From assembly GCF_009914755.1 (NCBI RefSeq), contig NC_060939.1: a DNA stretch of 64,000 nt. One strand, 5' to 3'. How positions within the stretch are numbered: position 1 is the first letter of the stretch; each line of letters starts with the position of its first letter. The position numbers and the translations under genes are program-made. Below the pieces are notes generated by a model that saw nothing but the letters and a program-made list of their open reading frames with translations, ran no database searches and was not told the DNA's origin. This DNA comes from the human T2T-CHM13v2.0 reference genome, Homo sapiens. Shown piece by piece: positions 14,601-27,900 of this stretch.

Positions 14601-16400
14601 TTTCCTTTCCATTCGAGTCCATTCCTCTCCAGTCCATTCCGTTCAATCCATTCCATTCCAGTCCATTCCATTCGAGTCCGTTCCATTCCAGTCCATTCCA
14701 TTCGAGTCAATTCCATCCCATTCGATGTCTTTCCATAACGATCCATTCCATTCTATTCCTTTCGATTCCATTCCATTCTATTTCATTCCATTCGATTCCC
14801 TTCCATTGGACTCCTTTCCATTCGAGTGCATTCCATTCCATTCCATTTCTTTCCGTTCTGTACGATTCCTACCGTTCGATTTCATTTTGTTCCAGTCCAT
14901 TCCTTTCGCGTCCATTCCATTCCATTTCACTCCATTCGATTCCATTCCACTCGATTCCACTTCGTTCCATCTCATTGCATTCCATTCTATTCAACTCTAT
15001 TGCCTTCCATTCCATTCCATTCGATTACATTCCATGCGATTCCATTCGAAATCGAATCAATTACATTGCAATCCATTACTATTGAGTCCATTTTATTCCA
15101 GTCCACTGCATTCTGGTCCATTCCATTTGATTCCATTCCATTCTATTCCATTCCATACAGTTGCATTCCATTGGATTCCATTCTATATCTATAAATTCAA
15201 TTCGAGACCATTGCTTTTGAGTCCATTCTATATGATTCCATTCCATTCAAGTCCATTACATTTGGTTCAATTCCATTCCATTCCATTCCCTTCCATTCCA
15301 TTCCAGTTGATATCAATCCATTCGATTCCATTCCATTCGAGCACATTCCATTCGAGTCCATTCCATTCGATGCCATTCCATTTGATTCTATTCCATTAGT
15401 CTCCATTCAATTCCATTAATCTCCATTCCATTCCATTCTACTCCAACTGATTCCCTTCCATTCTATTCCTTTCCATTCCATTTCATTCCATTCCATTCCA
15501 TTCGCTTACATTCCATTCGTTTCCATTCCACTCCAGTCCATTCCATTCGTGTCCATTCCATTCCAGTCCATTCCATTTGTGTCCACTGCATTCCATTCCA
15601 CTCCATTCCATATTATTCCATTACACTCCATTCCATTCTATTACTTTCATTTCCATTCAATTCCATTCCATTTGATTCCATTCCACTCGGTTTCATTCCA
15701 TTTGAGTCCACTCCATTCCATTCCATTCCATTCCATTCCATTCAGTTCCATTCCATTCTCTTCCGTTCCATTCCATTCTGTTCCATTCCATTCCGTTCCA
15801 TTGCATTCCATTCCATTCGGTACCATTCCATATTGTTCCATTCGATTCCATTCGAATCCATTCCATTCCAGTCCATTCCATTCGATTCCATTCCATTCCT
15901 TTCAATTCCATTCCATTCCATTCCATTCCACTTGATTCCACTCCATTCCCTTCCACTGCATTCCATTCGATTCCATTCCATTGCATTTCATTCCATTCCA
16001 TTGGACTGCATTCCATTCGATTCCATTCCATTCGAATCAATTACATAGCAATCCATTACATTCGAGTCTATTCTATTCCGTTCCATTCGATTTCGTTCCA
16101 ATCCATTCGATTCCACTCCATTCGATTCCATTCCATACTATTGCATTCCATTCTATTACATTATATTCGAATAAGTTCCATTCAAGACCATTTCTTTTGA
16201 GTCCATTCTATTTGAGTCCATTCCCTTTGATTCCATAACATTTGAGTCCATTCAATTCCATTCCTTTCGTTTCCATTCCATTTGATGCCATTCCATTCAA
16301 TTCTGTTCTACTCGACTCCAATACATTCAATTCCATTCCATCCGATTCCATTACATTCTTTTCATTTCTTATCCATTTCAAGCCATTCCACTCCACTCCA
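5620..16400 (+). repeat. Tandem duplication of a 3-unit block (period 5391 bp; U4-U6 = U7-U9)
   Basis: Unit lengths 1788/1794/1809 repeat twice. Private variants recur at exactly +5391, e.g. GGTACT 6825/12216, GGTTCC 8614/14005, CGCTTACA ~10112/15503. Confidence 0.9.
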
Positions 16401-18999
16401 TTCCACTCGTTTCCTTTCCATTCGAGTCCATTCCTCTCCAGTCCATTCCGTTCAATCCATTCCATTCCAGTCCATTCCATTCGAGTCCGTTCCATTCCAG
16501 TCCATTCCATTCGAGTCAATTCCATCCCATTCGATATCTTTCCATAACGATCCATTCCATTCTATTCCTTTCGATTCCATTCCATTCTATTTCATTCCAT
16601 TCGATTCCCTTCCATTGGACTCCTTTCCATTCGAGTGCATTCCATTCCGTTCCATTTCTTTCCGTTCTGTACGATTCCTACCGTTCGATTTCATTTTGTT
16701 CCAGTCCATTCCTTTCGCGTCCATTCCATTCCATTTCACTCCATTCGATTCCATTCCACTCGATTCCACTTCGTTCCATTTCATTGCATTCCATTCTATT
16801 CAACTCTATTGCCTTCCATTCCATTCCATTCGATTACATTCCATGCGATTCCATTCGAAATCGAATCAATTAAATTGCAATCCATTACTATTCAGTCCGT
16901 TTTATTCCAGTCCACTGCATTCTGGTCCATTCCATTTGATTCCATTCCATTTTATTCCATTCCATACAGTTGCATTCCATTGGATTCCATGCTATATCTA
17001 TAAATTCAATTCGAGACCATTGCTTTTGAGTCCATTCTATATGTTTCCATTCCATTCAAGTCCATTACATTTGGTTCAATTCCATTCCATTCCATTCCCT
17101 TCCATTCCATTCCAGTTGATATCAATCCATTCGATTCCATTCCATTCGAGCACATTCCATTCGAGTCCATTCCATTCGATGCCATTCCATTTGATTCTAT
17201 TCCATTAGTCTCCATTCAATTCCATTAATCTCCATTCCATTCCATTCTACTCCAACTGATTCCATTCCATTCTATTCCTTTCCATTCCATTTCATTCCAT
17301 TCCATTCCATTTCATTCCATTCCATTCCATTCGTGTCCCTTCCACTCCAGTCCATTCCATTCGTGTCCATTCCATTCCAGTCCATTCCGTTTGTGTCCAC
17401 TGCATTCCATTCCACTCCATTCCATATTATTCCATTACACTCCATTCCATTCTATTACTTTCATTTCCATTCAATTCCATTCCATTTGATTCCATTCCAC
17501 TCGGTTTCATTCCATTTGAGTCCACTCCATTCCATTCCATTCCATTCCATTCAGTTCCATTCCATTCTGTTCCATTCCATTCCGTTCCATTACATTCCAT
17601 TCCATTCGGTACCATTCCATATTGTACCATTCCATATTGTTCCATTCGATTCCATTCGAATCCATTCCATTCCAGTCCATTCCATTCGATTCCATTCCAT
17701 TCATTTCAATTCCATTCCATTCCATTCCATTCCATTCCACTTGATTCCTCTCCATTCCCTTCCACTGCATTCCGTTCGATTCCATTCCATTGCATTGCAT
17801 TCCATTCCATTGGATTGCATTCCACTCGATTCCATTCCATTCGAATCAATTACATAGCAATCCATTACATTCGAGTCTATTCTATTCCGTTCCATTCGAT
17901 TTCGTTCCAATCCATTCGATTCCATTCCATTCGATTCCATTCCATACTATTGCATTCCATTCGATTACATTATATTCGAATAAGTTCCATTCAAGACCAT
18001 TTCTTTTGAGTCCATTCTATTTGAGTCCATTCCCTTTGATTCCATAACATTTGAGTCCATTCAATTCCATTCCTTTCGTTTCCATTCCATTTGATGCCAT
18101 TCCATTCAATTCTGTTCTACTCGACTCCAATACATTCAATTCCATTCCATCCGATTCCATTACATTCTTTTCATTTCTTATCCATTTCAAGCCATTCCAC
18201 TCCATTCCATTCCACTCGTTTCCTTTCCATTCGAGTCCATTCCTCTCCAGTCCATTCCGTTCAATCCATTCCATTCCAGTCCATTCCATTCGAGTCCGTT
18301 CCATTCCAGTCCATTCCATTCGAGTCAATTCCATCCCATTCGATGTCTTTCCATAACGATCCATTCCATTCTATTCCTTTCGATTCCATTCCATTCTATT
18401 TCATTCCATTCGATTCCCTTCCATTGGACTCCTTTCCATTCGAGTGCATTCCATTCCGTTCCATTTCTTTCCGTTCTGTACGATTCCTACCGTTCGATTT
18501 CATTTTGTTCCAGTCCATTCCTTTCGCGTCCATTCCATTCCATTTCACTCCATTCGATTCCATTCCATTTCACTCCATTCGATTCCATTCCACTCGATTC
18601 CACTTCGTTCCATTTCTTTGCATTCCATTCTATTCAACTCTATTGCCTTCCATTCCCTTCCATTCGATTACATTCCATGCGATTCCATTCGAAATCGAAT
18701 CAATTACATTGCAATCCATTACTATTGAGTCCGTTTTATTCCAGTCCACTGCATTCTGGTCCATTCCATTTGATTCCATTCCATTCTATTCCATTCCATA
18801 CAGTTGCATTCCATCGGATTCCATTCTATATCTATAAATTCAATTCGAGACCATTGCTTTTGAGTCCATTCTATATGATTCCATTCCATTCAAGTCCATT
18901 ACATTTGGTTCAATTCCATTCCATTTCATTCCCCTCAATTCCATTCCATTTGATATCAATCCATTCGATTCCATTCCATTCGAGCACATTCCATTCGAG

Positions 19000-21900
19000 T
19001 CCATTCCATTCGATGCCATTCCATTTGATTCTATTCCATTAGTCTCCATTCAATTCCAATAATCTCCATTCCATTCCATTCTACTCCAACTGATTCCATT
19101 CCATTCTATTCCTTTCCATTCCATTTCATTCCATTCCATTCCATTTCATTCCATTCCATTCCATTCGTGTCCATTCCACTCCAGTGCATTCCATTCGTGT
19201 CCATTCCATTCCAGTCCATTCCATTTGTGTCCACTGCATTCCATTCCACTCCATTCCATATTATTCCATTACACTCCATTCCATTCTATTACTTTCATTT
19301 CCATTCAATTCCAGTCCATTTGATTCCATTCCACTCGGTTTCATTCCATTTGAGTCCACTCCATTCCATTCCATTCCATTCAGTTCCATTCCATTCTGTT
19401 CCATTCCATTCCGTTCCATTACATTCCATTCCATTCGGTACCATTCCATATTGTTCCATTCGATTCCATTCGAATCCATTCCATTCCAGTCCATTCCATT
19501 CGATACCATTCCATTCATTTCAATTCCATTCCATTCCATTCCATTCCATTCCACTTGATTCCTCTCCATTCCCTTCCACTGCATTCCGTTCGATTCCATT
19601 CCATTGCATTGCATTCCATTCCATTGCATTGCATTCCATTCGATTCCATTCCATTCGAATCAATTACATAGCAATCCATTACATTCGAGTCTATTCTATT
19701 CCGTTCCATTCGATTTCGTTCCAATCCATTCGATTCCATTCCATTCGATTCCATTCCATACTATTGCATTCCATTCGATTACATTATATTCGAATAAGTT
19801 CCATTCAAGACCATTTCTTTTGAGTCCATTCTATTTGAGTCCATTCCCTTTGATTCCATAACATTTGAGTCCATTCAATTCCATTCCTTTCGTTTCCATT
19901 CCATTTGATGCCATTCCATTCAATTCTGTTCTACTCGACTCCAATACATTCAATTCCATTCCATCCGATTCCATTACATTCTTTTCATTTCTTATCCATT
20001 TCAAGCCATTCCACTCCATTCCATTCCACTCGTTTCCTTTCCATTCGAGTCCATTCCTCTCCAGTCCATTCCGTTCAATCCATTCCATTCCAGTCCATTC
20101 CATTCGAGTCCGTTCCATTCCAGTCCATTCCATTCGAGTCAATTCCATTCCATTCGATGTCTTTCCATAACGATCCATTCCATTCTATTCCTTTCGATTC
20201 CATTCCATTCTATTTCATTCCATTCGATTCCCTTCCATTGGACTCCTTTCCATTCGAGTGCATTCCATTCCGTTCCATTTCTTTCCGTTCTGTACGATTC
20301 CTACCGTTCGATTTCATTTTGTTCCAGTTCATTCCTTTCGCGTCCATTCCATTCCATTTCACTCCATTCGATTCCATTCCCCTCGATTCCACTTCGTTCC
20401 ATTTCATTGCATTCCATTCTATTCAACTCTATTGCCTTCCATTCCATTCCATTCGATTACATTCCATGCGATTCCATTCGAAATCGAATCAATTACATTG
20501 CAATCCATTACTATTGAGTCCATTTTATTCCAGTCCACTGCATTCTGGTCCATTCCATTTGATTCCATTCCATTCTATTCCATTCCATACAGTTGCATTC
20601 CATTGGATTCCATTCTATATCTTTAAATTCAATTCGAGACCATTGCTTTTGAGTCCATTCTATATGATTCCATTCCATTCAAGTCCATTACATTTGGTTC
20701 AATTCCATTCCATTCCATTCCCTTCCATTCCATTCCAGTTGATATCAATCCATTCGATTCCATTCCATTCGAGCACATTCCATTCGAGTCCATTCCATTC
20801 GATGCCATTCCATTTGATTCTATTCCATTAGTCTCCATTCAATTCCATTAATCTCCATTCCATTCCATTCTACTCCAACTGATTCCATTCCATTCTATTC
20901 CTTTCCATTCCATTTCATTCCATTCCATTCCATTTCATTCCATTCCATTCCATTCCATTCCATTCGCTTCCATTCCATTCGTGTCCATTCCATTCCAGTC
21001 CATTCCATTTGTGTCCACTGCATTCCATTCCACTCCATTCCATATTATTCCATTACACTCCATTCAATTCTATTACTTTCATTTCCATTCAATTCCATTC
21101 CATTTGATTCCATTCCACTCGGTTTCATTCCATTTGAGTCCACTCCATTCCATTCCATTCCATTCCATTCAGTTCCATTCCATTCTGTTCCATTCCATTC
21201 CGTTCCATTACATTCCATTCCATTCGGTACCATTCCATATTGTTCCATTCGATTCCATTCGAATCCATTCCATTCCAGTCCATTCCATTCGATTCCATTC
21301 CATTCATTTCAATTCCATTCCATTCCATTCCATTACATTCCACTTGATTCCTCTCCATTCCCTTCCACTGCATTCCGTTCGATTCCATTCCATTGCATTG
21401 CATTCCATTCCATTGGATTGCATTCCATTCGATTCCATTCCATTCGAATCAATTACATAGCAATCCATTACATTCGAGTCTATTCTATTCCGTTCCATTC
21501 GATTTCGTTCCAATCCATTCGATTCCATTCCATTCGATTCCATTCCATACTATTGCATTCCATTCGATTACATTATATTCGAATAAGTTCCATTCAAGAC
21601 CATTTCTTTTGAGTCCATTCTATTTGAGTCCATTCCCTTTGATTCCATAACATTTGAGTCCATTCAATTCCATTCCTTTCGTTTCCATTCCATTTGATGC
21701 CATTCCATTCAATTCTGTTCTACTCGACTCCAATACATTCAATTCCATTCCATCCGATTCCATTACATTCTTTTCATTTCTTATCCATTTCAAGCCATTC
21801 CACTCCATTCCATTCCACTCGTTTCCTTTCCATTCGAGTCCATTCCTCTCCAGTCCATTCCGTTCAATCCATTCCATTCCAGTCCATTCCATTCGAGTCC

Positions 21901-24900
21901 GTTCCATTCCAGTCCATTCCATTCGAGTCAATTCCATTCCATTCGATGTCTTTCCATAACGATCCATTCCATTCTATTCCTTTCGATTCCATTCCATTCT
22001 ATTTCATTCCATTCGATTCCCTTCCATTGGACTCCTTTCCATTCGAGTGCATTCCATTCCGTTCCATTTCTTTCCGTTCTGTACGATTCCTACCGTTCAA
22101 TTTCATTTTGTTCCAGTCCATTCCTTTCGCGTCCATTCCATTCCATTTCACTCCATTCGATTCCATTCCACTCGATTCCACTTCGTTCCATTTCATTGCA
22201 TTCCATTCTATTCACTCTATTGCCTTCCATTCCATTCCATTCGATTACATTCCATGCGATTCCATTCGAAATCGAATCAATTACATTGCAATCCATTACT
22301 ATTGAGTCCGTTTTATTCCAGTCCACTGCATTCTGGTCCATTCCATTTGATTCCATTCCATTCTATTCCATTCCATACAGTTGCATTCCATTGGATTCCA
22401 TGCTATATCTATAAATTCAATTCGAGACCATTGCTTTTGAGTCCATTCTATATGATTCCATTCCATTCAAATCCATTACATTTGGTTCAATTCCATTCCA
22501 TTCCATTCCCTTCCATTCCATTCCATTTGATATCAATCCATTCGATTCCATTCCATTCGAGCACATTCCATTCGAGTCCATTCCATTCGATGCCATTCCA
22601 TTTGATTCTATTCCATTAGTCTCCATTCAATTCCATTAATCTCCATTCCATTCCATTCTACTCCAACTGATTCCATTCCATTCTATTCCTTTCCATTCCA
22701 TTTCACTCCATTCCATTCCATTTCATTCCATTCCATTCCATTCGTGTCCATTCCACTCCAGTCCATTCCATTCGTGTCCATTCCATTCCAGTCCATTCCA
22801 TTTGTGTCCACTGCATTCCATTCCACTCCATTCCATATTATTCCATTACACTCCATTCCATTCTATTACTTTCATTTCCATTCAATTCCATTCCATTTGA
22901 TTCCATTCCACTCGAATTCATTCCATTTGAGTCCACTCCATTCCATTCCATTCCATTCCATTCAGTTCCATTCCATTCTGTTCCATTCCATTCCGTTCCA
23001 ATGCATTCCATTCCATTCGGTACCATTCCATATTGTTCCATTCGATTCCATTCGAATCCATTCCATTCCAGTCCATTCCATTCGATTCCATTCCATTCAT
23101 TTCAATTCCATTCCATTCCATTCCATTCCGCTTGATTCCACTCCATTCCCTTCCACTGCATTCCATTGCATTGCATTCCATTCCATTGGATTGCATTCCA
23201 TTCGATTCCATTCCATTCGAATCAATTACATAGCAATCCATTACATTCGAGTCTATTCTCTTCCGTTCCATTCGATTTCGTTCCAATCCATTCGATTCCA
23301 TTCCATTCGATTCCATTCCATACTATTGCATTCCATTCGATTACATTATATTCGAATAAGTTCCATTCAAGACCATTTCTTTTGAGTCCATTCTATTTGA
23401 GTCCATTCCCTTTGATTCCATAACATTTGAGTCCATTCAATTCCATTCCTTTCGTTTCCATTCCATTTGATGCCATTCCATTCAATTCTGTTCTACTCGA
23501 CTCCAATACATTCAATTCCATTCCATCCGATTCCATTACATTCTTTTCATTTCTTATCCATTTCAAGCCATTCCACTCCATTCCATTCCACTCGTTTCCT
23601 TTCCATTCGAGTCCATTCCTCTCCAGTCCATTGCGTTCAATCCATTCCATTCCAGTCCATTCCATTCGAGTCCGTTCCATTCCAGTCCATTCCATTCGAG
23701 TCAATTCCATTCCATTCGATGTCTTTCCATAACGATCCATTCCATTCTATTCCTTTCGATTCCATTCCATTCTATTTCATTCCATTCGATTCCCTTCCAT
23801 TGGACTCCTTTCCATTCGAGTGCATTCCATTCCGTTCCATTTCTTTCCGTTCTGTACGATTCCTACCGTTCGATTTCATTTTGTTCCAGTCCATTCTTTC
23901 GCGTCCATTCCATTCCATTTCACTCCATTCGATTCCATTCCACTCGATTCCACTTCGTTCCATTTCATTGCATTCCATTCTATTCAACTCTATTGCCTTC
24001 CATTCCATTCCATCCGATTACATTCCATGCGATTCCATTCGAAATCGAAACAATTACATTGCAATCCATTACTATTGAGTCCGTTTTATTCCAGTCCACT
24101 GCATTCTGGTCCATTCCATTTGATTCCATTCCATTCTATTCCATTCCATACAGTTGCATTCCATTGGATTCCATTCTATATCTATAAATTCAATTCGAGA
24201 CCATTGCTTTTGAGTCCATTCTATATGATTCCATTCCATTCAAGTCCATTACATTTGGTTCAATTCCATTCCATTCCATTCCCTTCCATTCCATTCCAGT
24301 TGATATCAATCCATTCGATTCCATTCCATTCGAGCACATTCCATTCGAGTCCATTCCATTCGATGCCATTCCATTTGATTCTATTCCATTAGTCTCCATT
24401 CAATTCCATTAATCTCCATTCCATTCCATTCTACTCCAACTGATTCCATTCCATTCTATTCCTTTCCATTCCATTTTATTCCATTCCATTCCATTTCATT
24501 CCATTCCATTCCATTCGTGTCCATTCCACTCCAGTCCATTCCATTCGTGTCCATTCCATTCCAGTCCATTCCATTTGTGTCCACTGCATTCCATTCCACT
24601 CCATTCCATATTATTCCATTACACTCCATTCCATTCTATTACTTTCATTTCCATTGAATTCCATTCCATTTGATTCCATTCCACTCGGTTTCATTCCATT
24701 TGAGTCCACTCCATTCCATTCCATTCCATTCCATTCAGTTCCATTCCATTCTGTTCCATTCCATTCCGTTCCATTACATTCCATTCCATTCGGTACCATT
24801 CCATATTGTTCCATTCGATTCCATTCGAATCCATTCCATTCCAGTCCATTCCATTCGATTCCATTCCATTCATTTCAATTCCATTCCATTCCATTCCATT

Positions 24901-27900
24901 ACATTCCACTTGATTCCTCTCCATTCCCTTCCACTGCATTCCGTTCGATTCCATTCCATTGCATTGCATTCCATTCCATTGGATTGCATTCCATTCGATT
25001 CCATTCCATTCGAATCAATTACATAGCAATCCATTACATTCGAGTCTATTCTATTCCGTTCCATTCGATTTCGTTCCAATCCATTCGATTCCATTCCATT
25101 CGATTCCATTCCATACTATTGCATTCCATTCGATTACATTATATTCGAATAAGTTCCATTCAAGACCATTTCTTTTGAGTCCATTCTATTTGAGTCCATT
25201 CCCTTTGATTCCATAACATTTGAGTCCATTCAATTCCATTCCTTTCGTTTCCATTCCATTTGATGCCATTCCATTCAATTCTGTTCTACTCGACTCCAAT
25301 ACATTCAATTCCATTCCATCCGATTCCATTACATTCTTTTCATTTCTTATCCATTTCAAGCCATTCCACTCCATTCCATTCCACTCGTTTCCTTTCCATT
25401 CGAGTCCATTCCTCTCCAGTCCATTCCGTTCAATCCATTCCATTCCAGTCCATTCCATTCGAGTCCGTTCCATTCCAGTCCATTCCATTCGAGTCAATTC
25501 CATCCCATTCGATGTCTTTCCATAACGATCCATTCCATTCTATTCCTTTCGATTCCATTCCATTCTATTTCATTCCATTCGATTCCCTTCCATTGGACTC
25601 CTTTCCATTCGAGTGCATTCCATTCCGTTCCATTTCTTTCCGTTCTGTACGATTCCTACCGTTCGATTTCATTTTGTTCCAGTCCATTCCTTTCGCGTCC
25701 ATTCCATTCCATTTCACTCCATTCGATTCCATTCCACTCGATTCCACTTCGTTCCATTTCATTGCATTCCATTCTATTCAACTCTATTGCCTTCCATTCC
25801 ATTCCATTCGATTACATTCCATGCGATTCCATTCGAAATCGAATCAATTACATTGCAATCCATTACTATTGAGTCCGTTTTATTCCAGTCCACTGCATTC
25901 TGGTCCATTCCATTTGATTCCATTCCATTCTATTCCATTCCATACAGTTGCATTCCATTGGATTCCATGCTATATCTATAAATTCAATTCGAGACCATTG
26001 CTTTTGAGTCCATTCTATATGATTCCATTCCATTCAAGTCCATTACATTTGGTTCAATTCCATTCCATTCCATTCCCTTCCATTCCATTCCAGTTGATAT
26101 CAATCCATTCGATTCCATTCCATTCGAGCACATTCCATTCGAGTCCATTCCATTCGATGCCATTCCATTTGATTCTATTCCATTAGTCTCCATTCAATTC
26201 CATTAATCTCCATTCCATTCCATTCTAATCCAACTGATTCCATTCCATTCTATTCCTTTCCATTCCATTTCATTCCATTCCATTCCATTTCATTCCATTC
26301 CATTCCATTCGCTTCCATTCCATTCGTGTCCATTCCACTCCAGTCCATTCCATTCGTGTCCATTCCATTCCAGTCCATTCCATTTGTGTCCACTGCATTC
26401 CATTCCACTCCATTCCATATTATTCCATTACACTCCATTCCATTCTATTACTTTCATTTCCATTCAATTCCATTCCATTTGATTCCATTCCACTCGGTTT
26501 CATTCCATTTGAGTCCACTCCATTCCATTCCATTCAGTTCCATTCCATTCTGTTCCATTCCATTCCGTTCCATTGCATTCCATTCCATTCGGTACCATTC
26601 CATATTGTTCCATTCGATTCCATTCGAATCCATTCCATTCCAGTCCATTCCATTCGATTCCATTCCATTCCTTTCAATTCCATTCCATTCCATTCCATTC
26701 CACTTGATTCCACTCCATTCCCTTCCACTGCATTCCATTCGATTCCATTCCATTGCATTGCATTCCATTCCATTGGACTGCATTCCATTCGATTCCATTC
26801 CATTCGAATCAATTACATAGCAATCCATTACATTCGAGTCTATTCTATTACGTTCCATTCGATTTCGTTCCAATCCATTCGATTCCATTCCATTCGATTC
26901 CATTCCATACTATTGCATTCCATTCTATTACATTATATTCGAATAAGTTCCATTCAAGACCATTTCTTTTGAGTCCATTCTATTTGAGTCCATTCCCTTT
27001 GATTCCATAACATTTGAGTCCATTCAATTCCATTCCTTTCGTTTCCATTCCATTTGATGCCATTCCATTCAATTCTGTTCTACTCGACTCCAATACATTC
27101 AATTCCATTCCATCCGATTCCATTACATTCTTTTCATTTCTTATCCATTTCAAGCCATTCCACTCCATTCCATTCCACTCGTTTCCTTTCCATTCGAGTC
27201 CATTCCTCTCCAGTCCATTCCGTTCAATCCATTCCATTCCAGTCCATTCCATTCGAGTCCGTTCCATTCCAGTCCATTCCATTCGAGTCAATTCCATTCC
27301 ATTCGATGTCTTTCCATAACGATCCATTCCATTCTATTCCTTTCGATTCCATTCCATTCTATTTCATTCCATTCGATTCCCTTCCATTGGACTCCTTTCC
27401 ATTCGAGTGCATTCCATTCCGTTCCATTTCTTTCCGTTCTGTACGATTCCTACCGTTCGATTTCATTTTGTTCCAGTCCATTCCTTTCGCGTCCATTCCA
27501 TTCCATTTCACTCCATTCGATTCCATTCCACTCGATTCCACTTCGTTCCATTTCATTGCATTCCATTCTATTCAACTCTATTGCCTTCCATTCCATTCCA
27601 TTCGATTACATTCCATGCGATTCCATTCGAAATCGAATCAATTACATTGCAATCCATTACTATTGAGTCCGTTTTATTCCAGTCCACTGCATTCTGGTCC
27701 ATTCCATTTGATTCCATTCCATTCTATTCCATTCCATACAGTTGCATTCCATTGGATTCCATTCTATATCTATAAATTCAATTCGAGACCATTGCTTTTG
27801 AATCCATTCCATATGATTCCATTCCATTCAAGTCCATTACATTTGGTTCAATTCCATTCCATTCCATTCCCTTCCATTCCATTCCAGTTGATATCAATCC

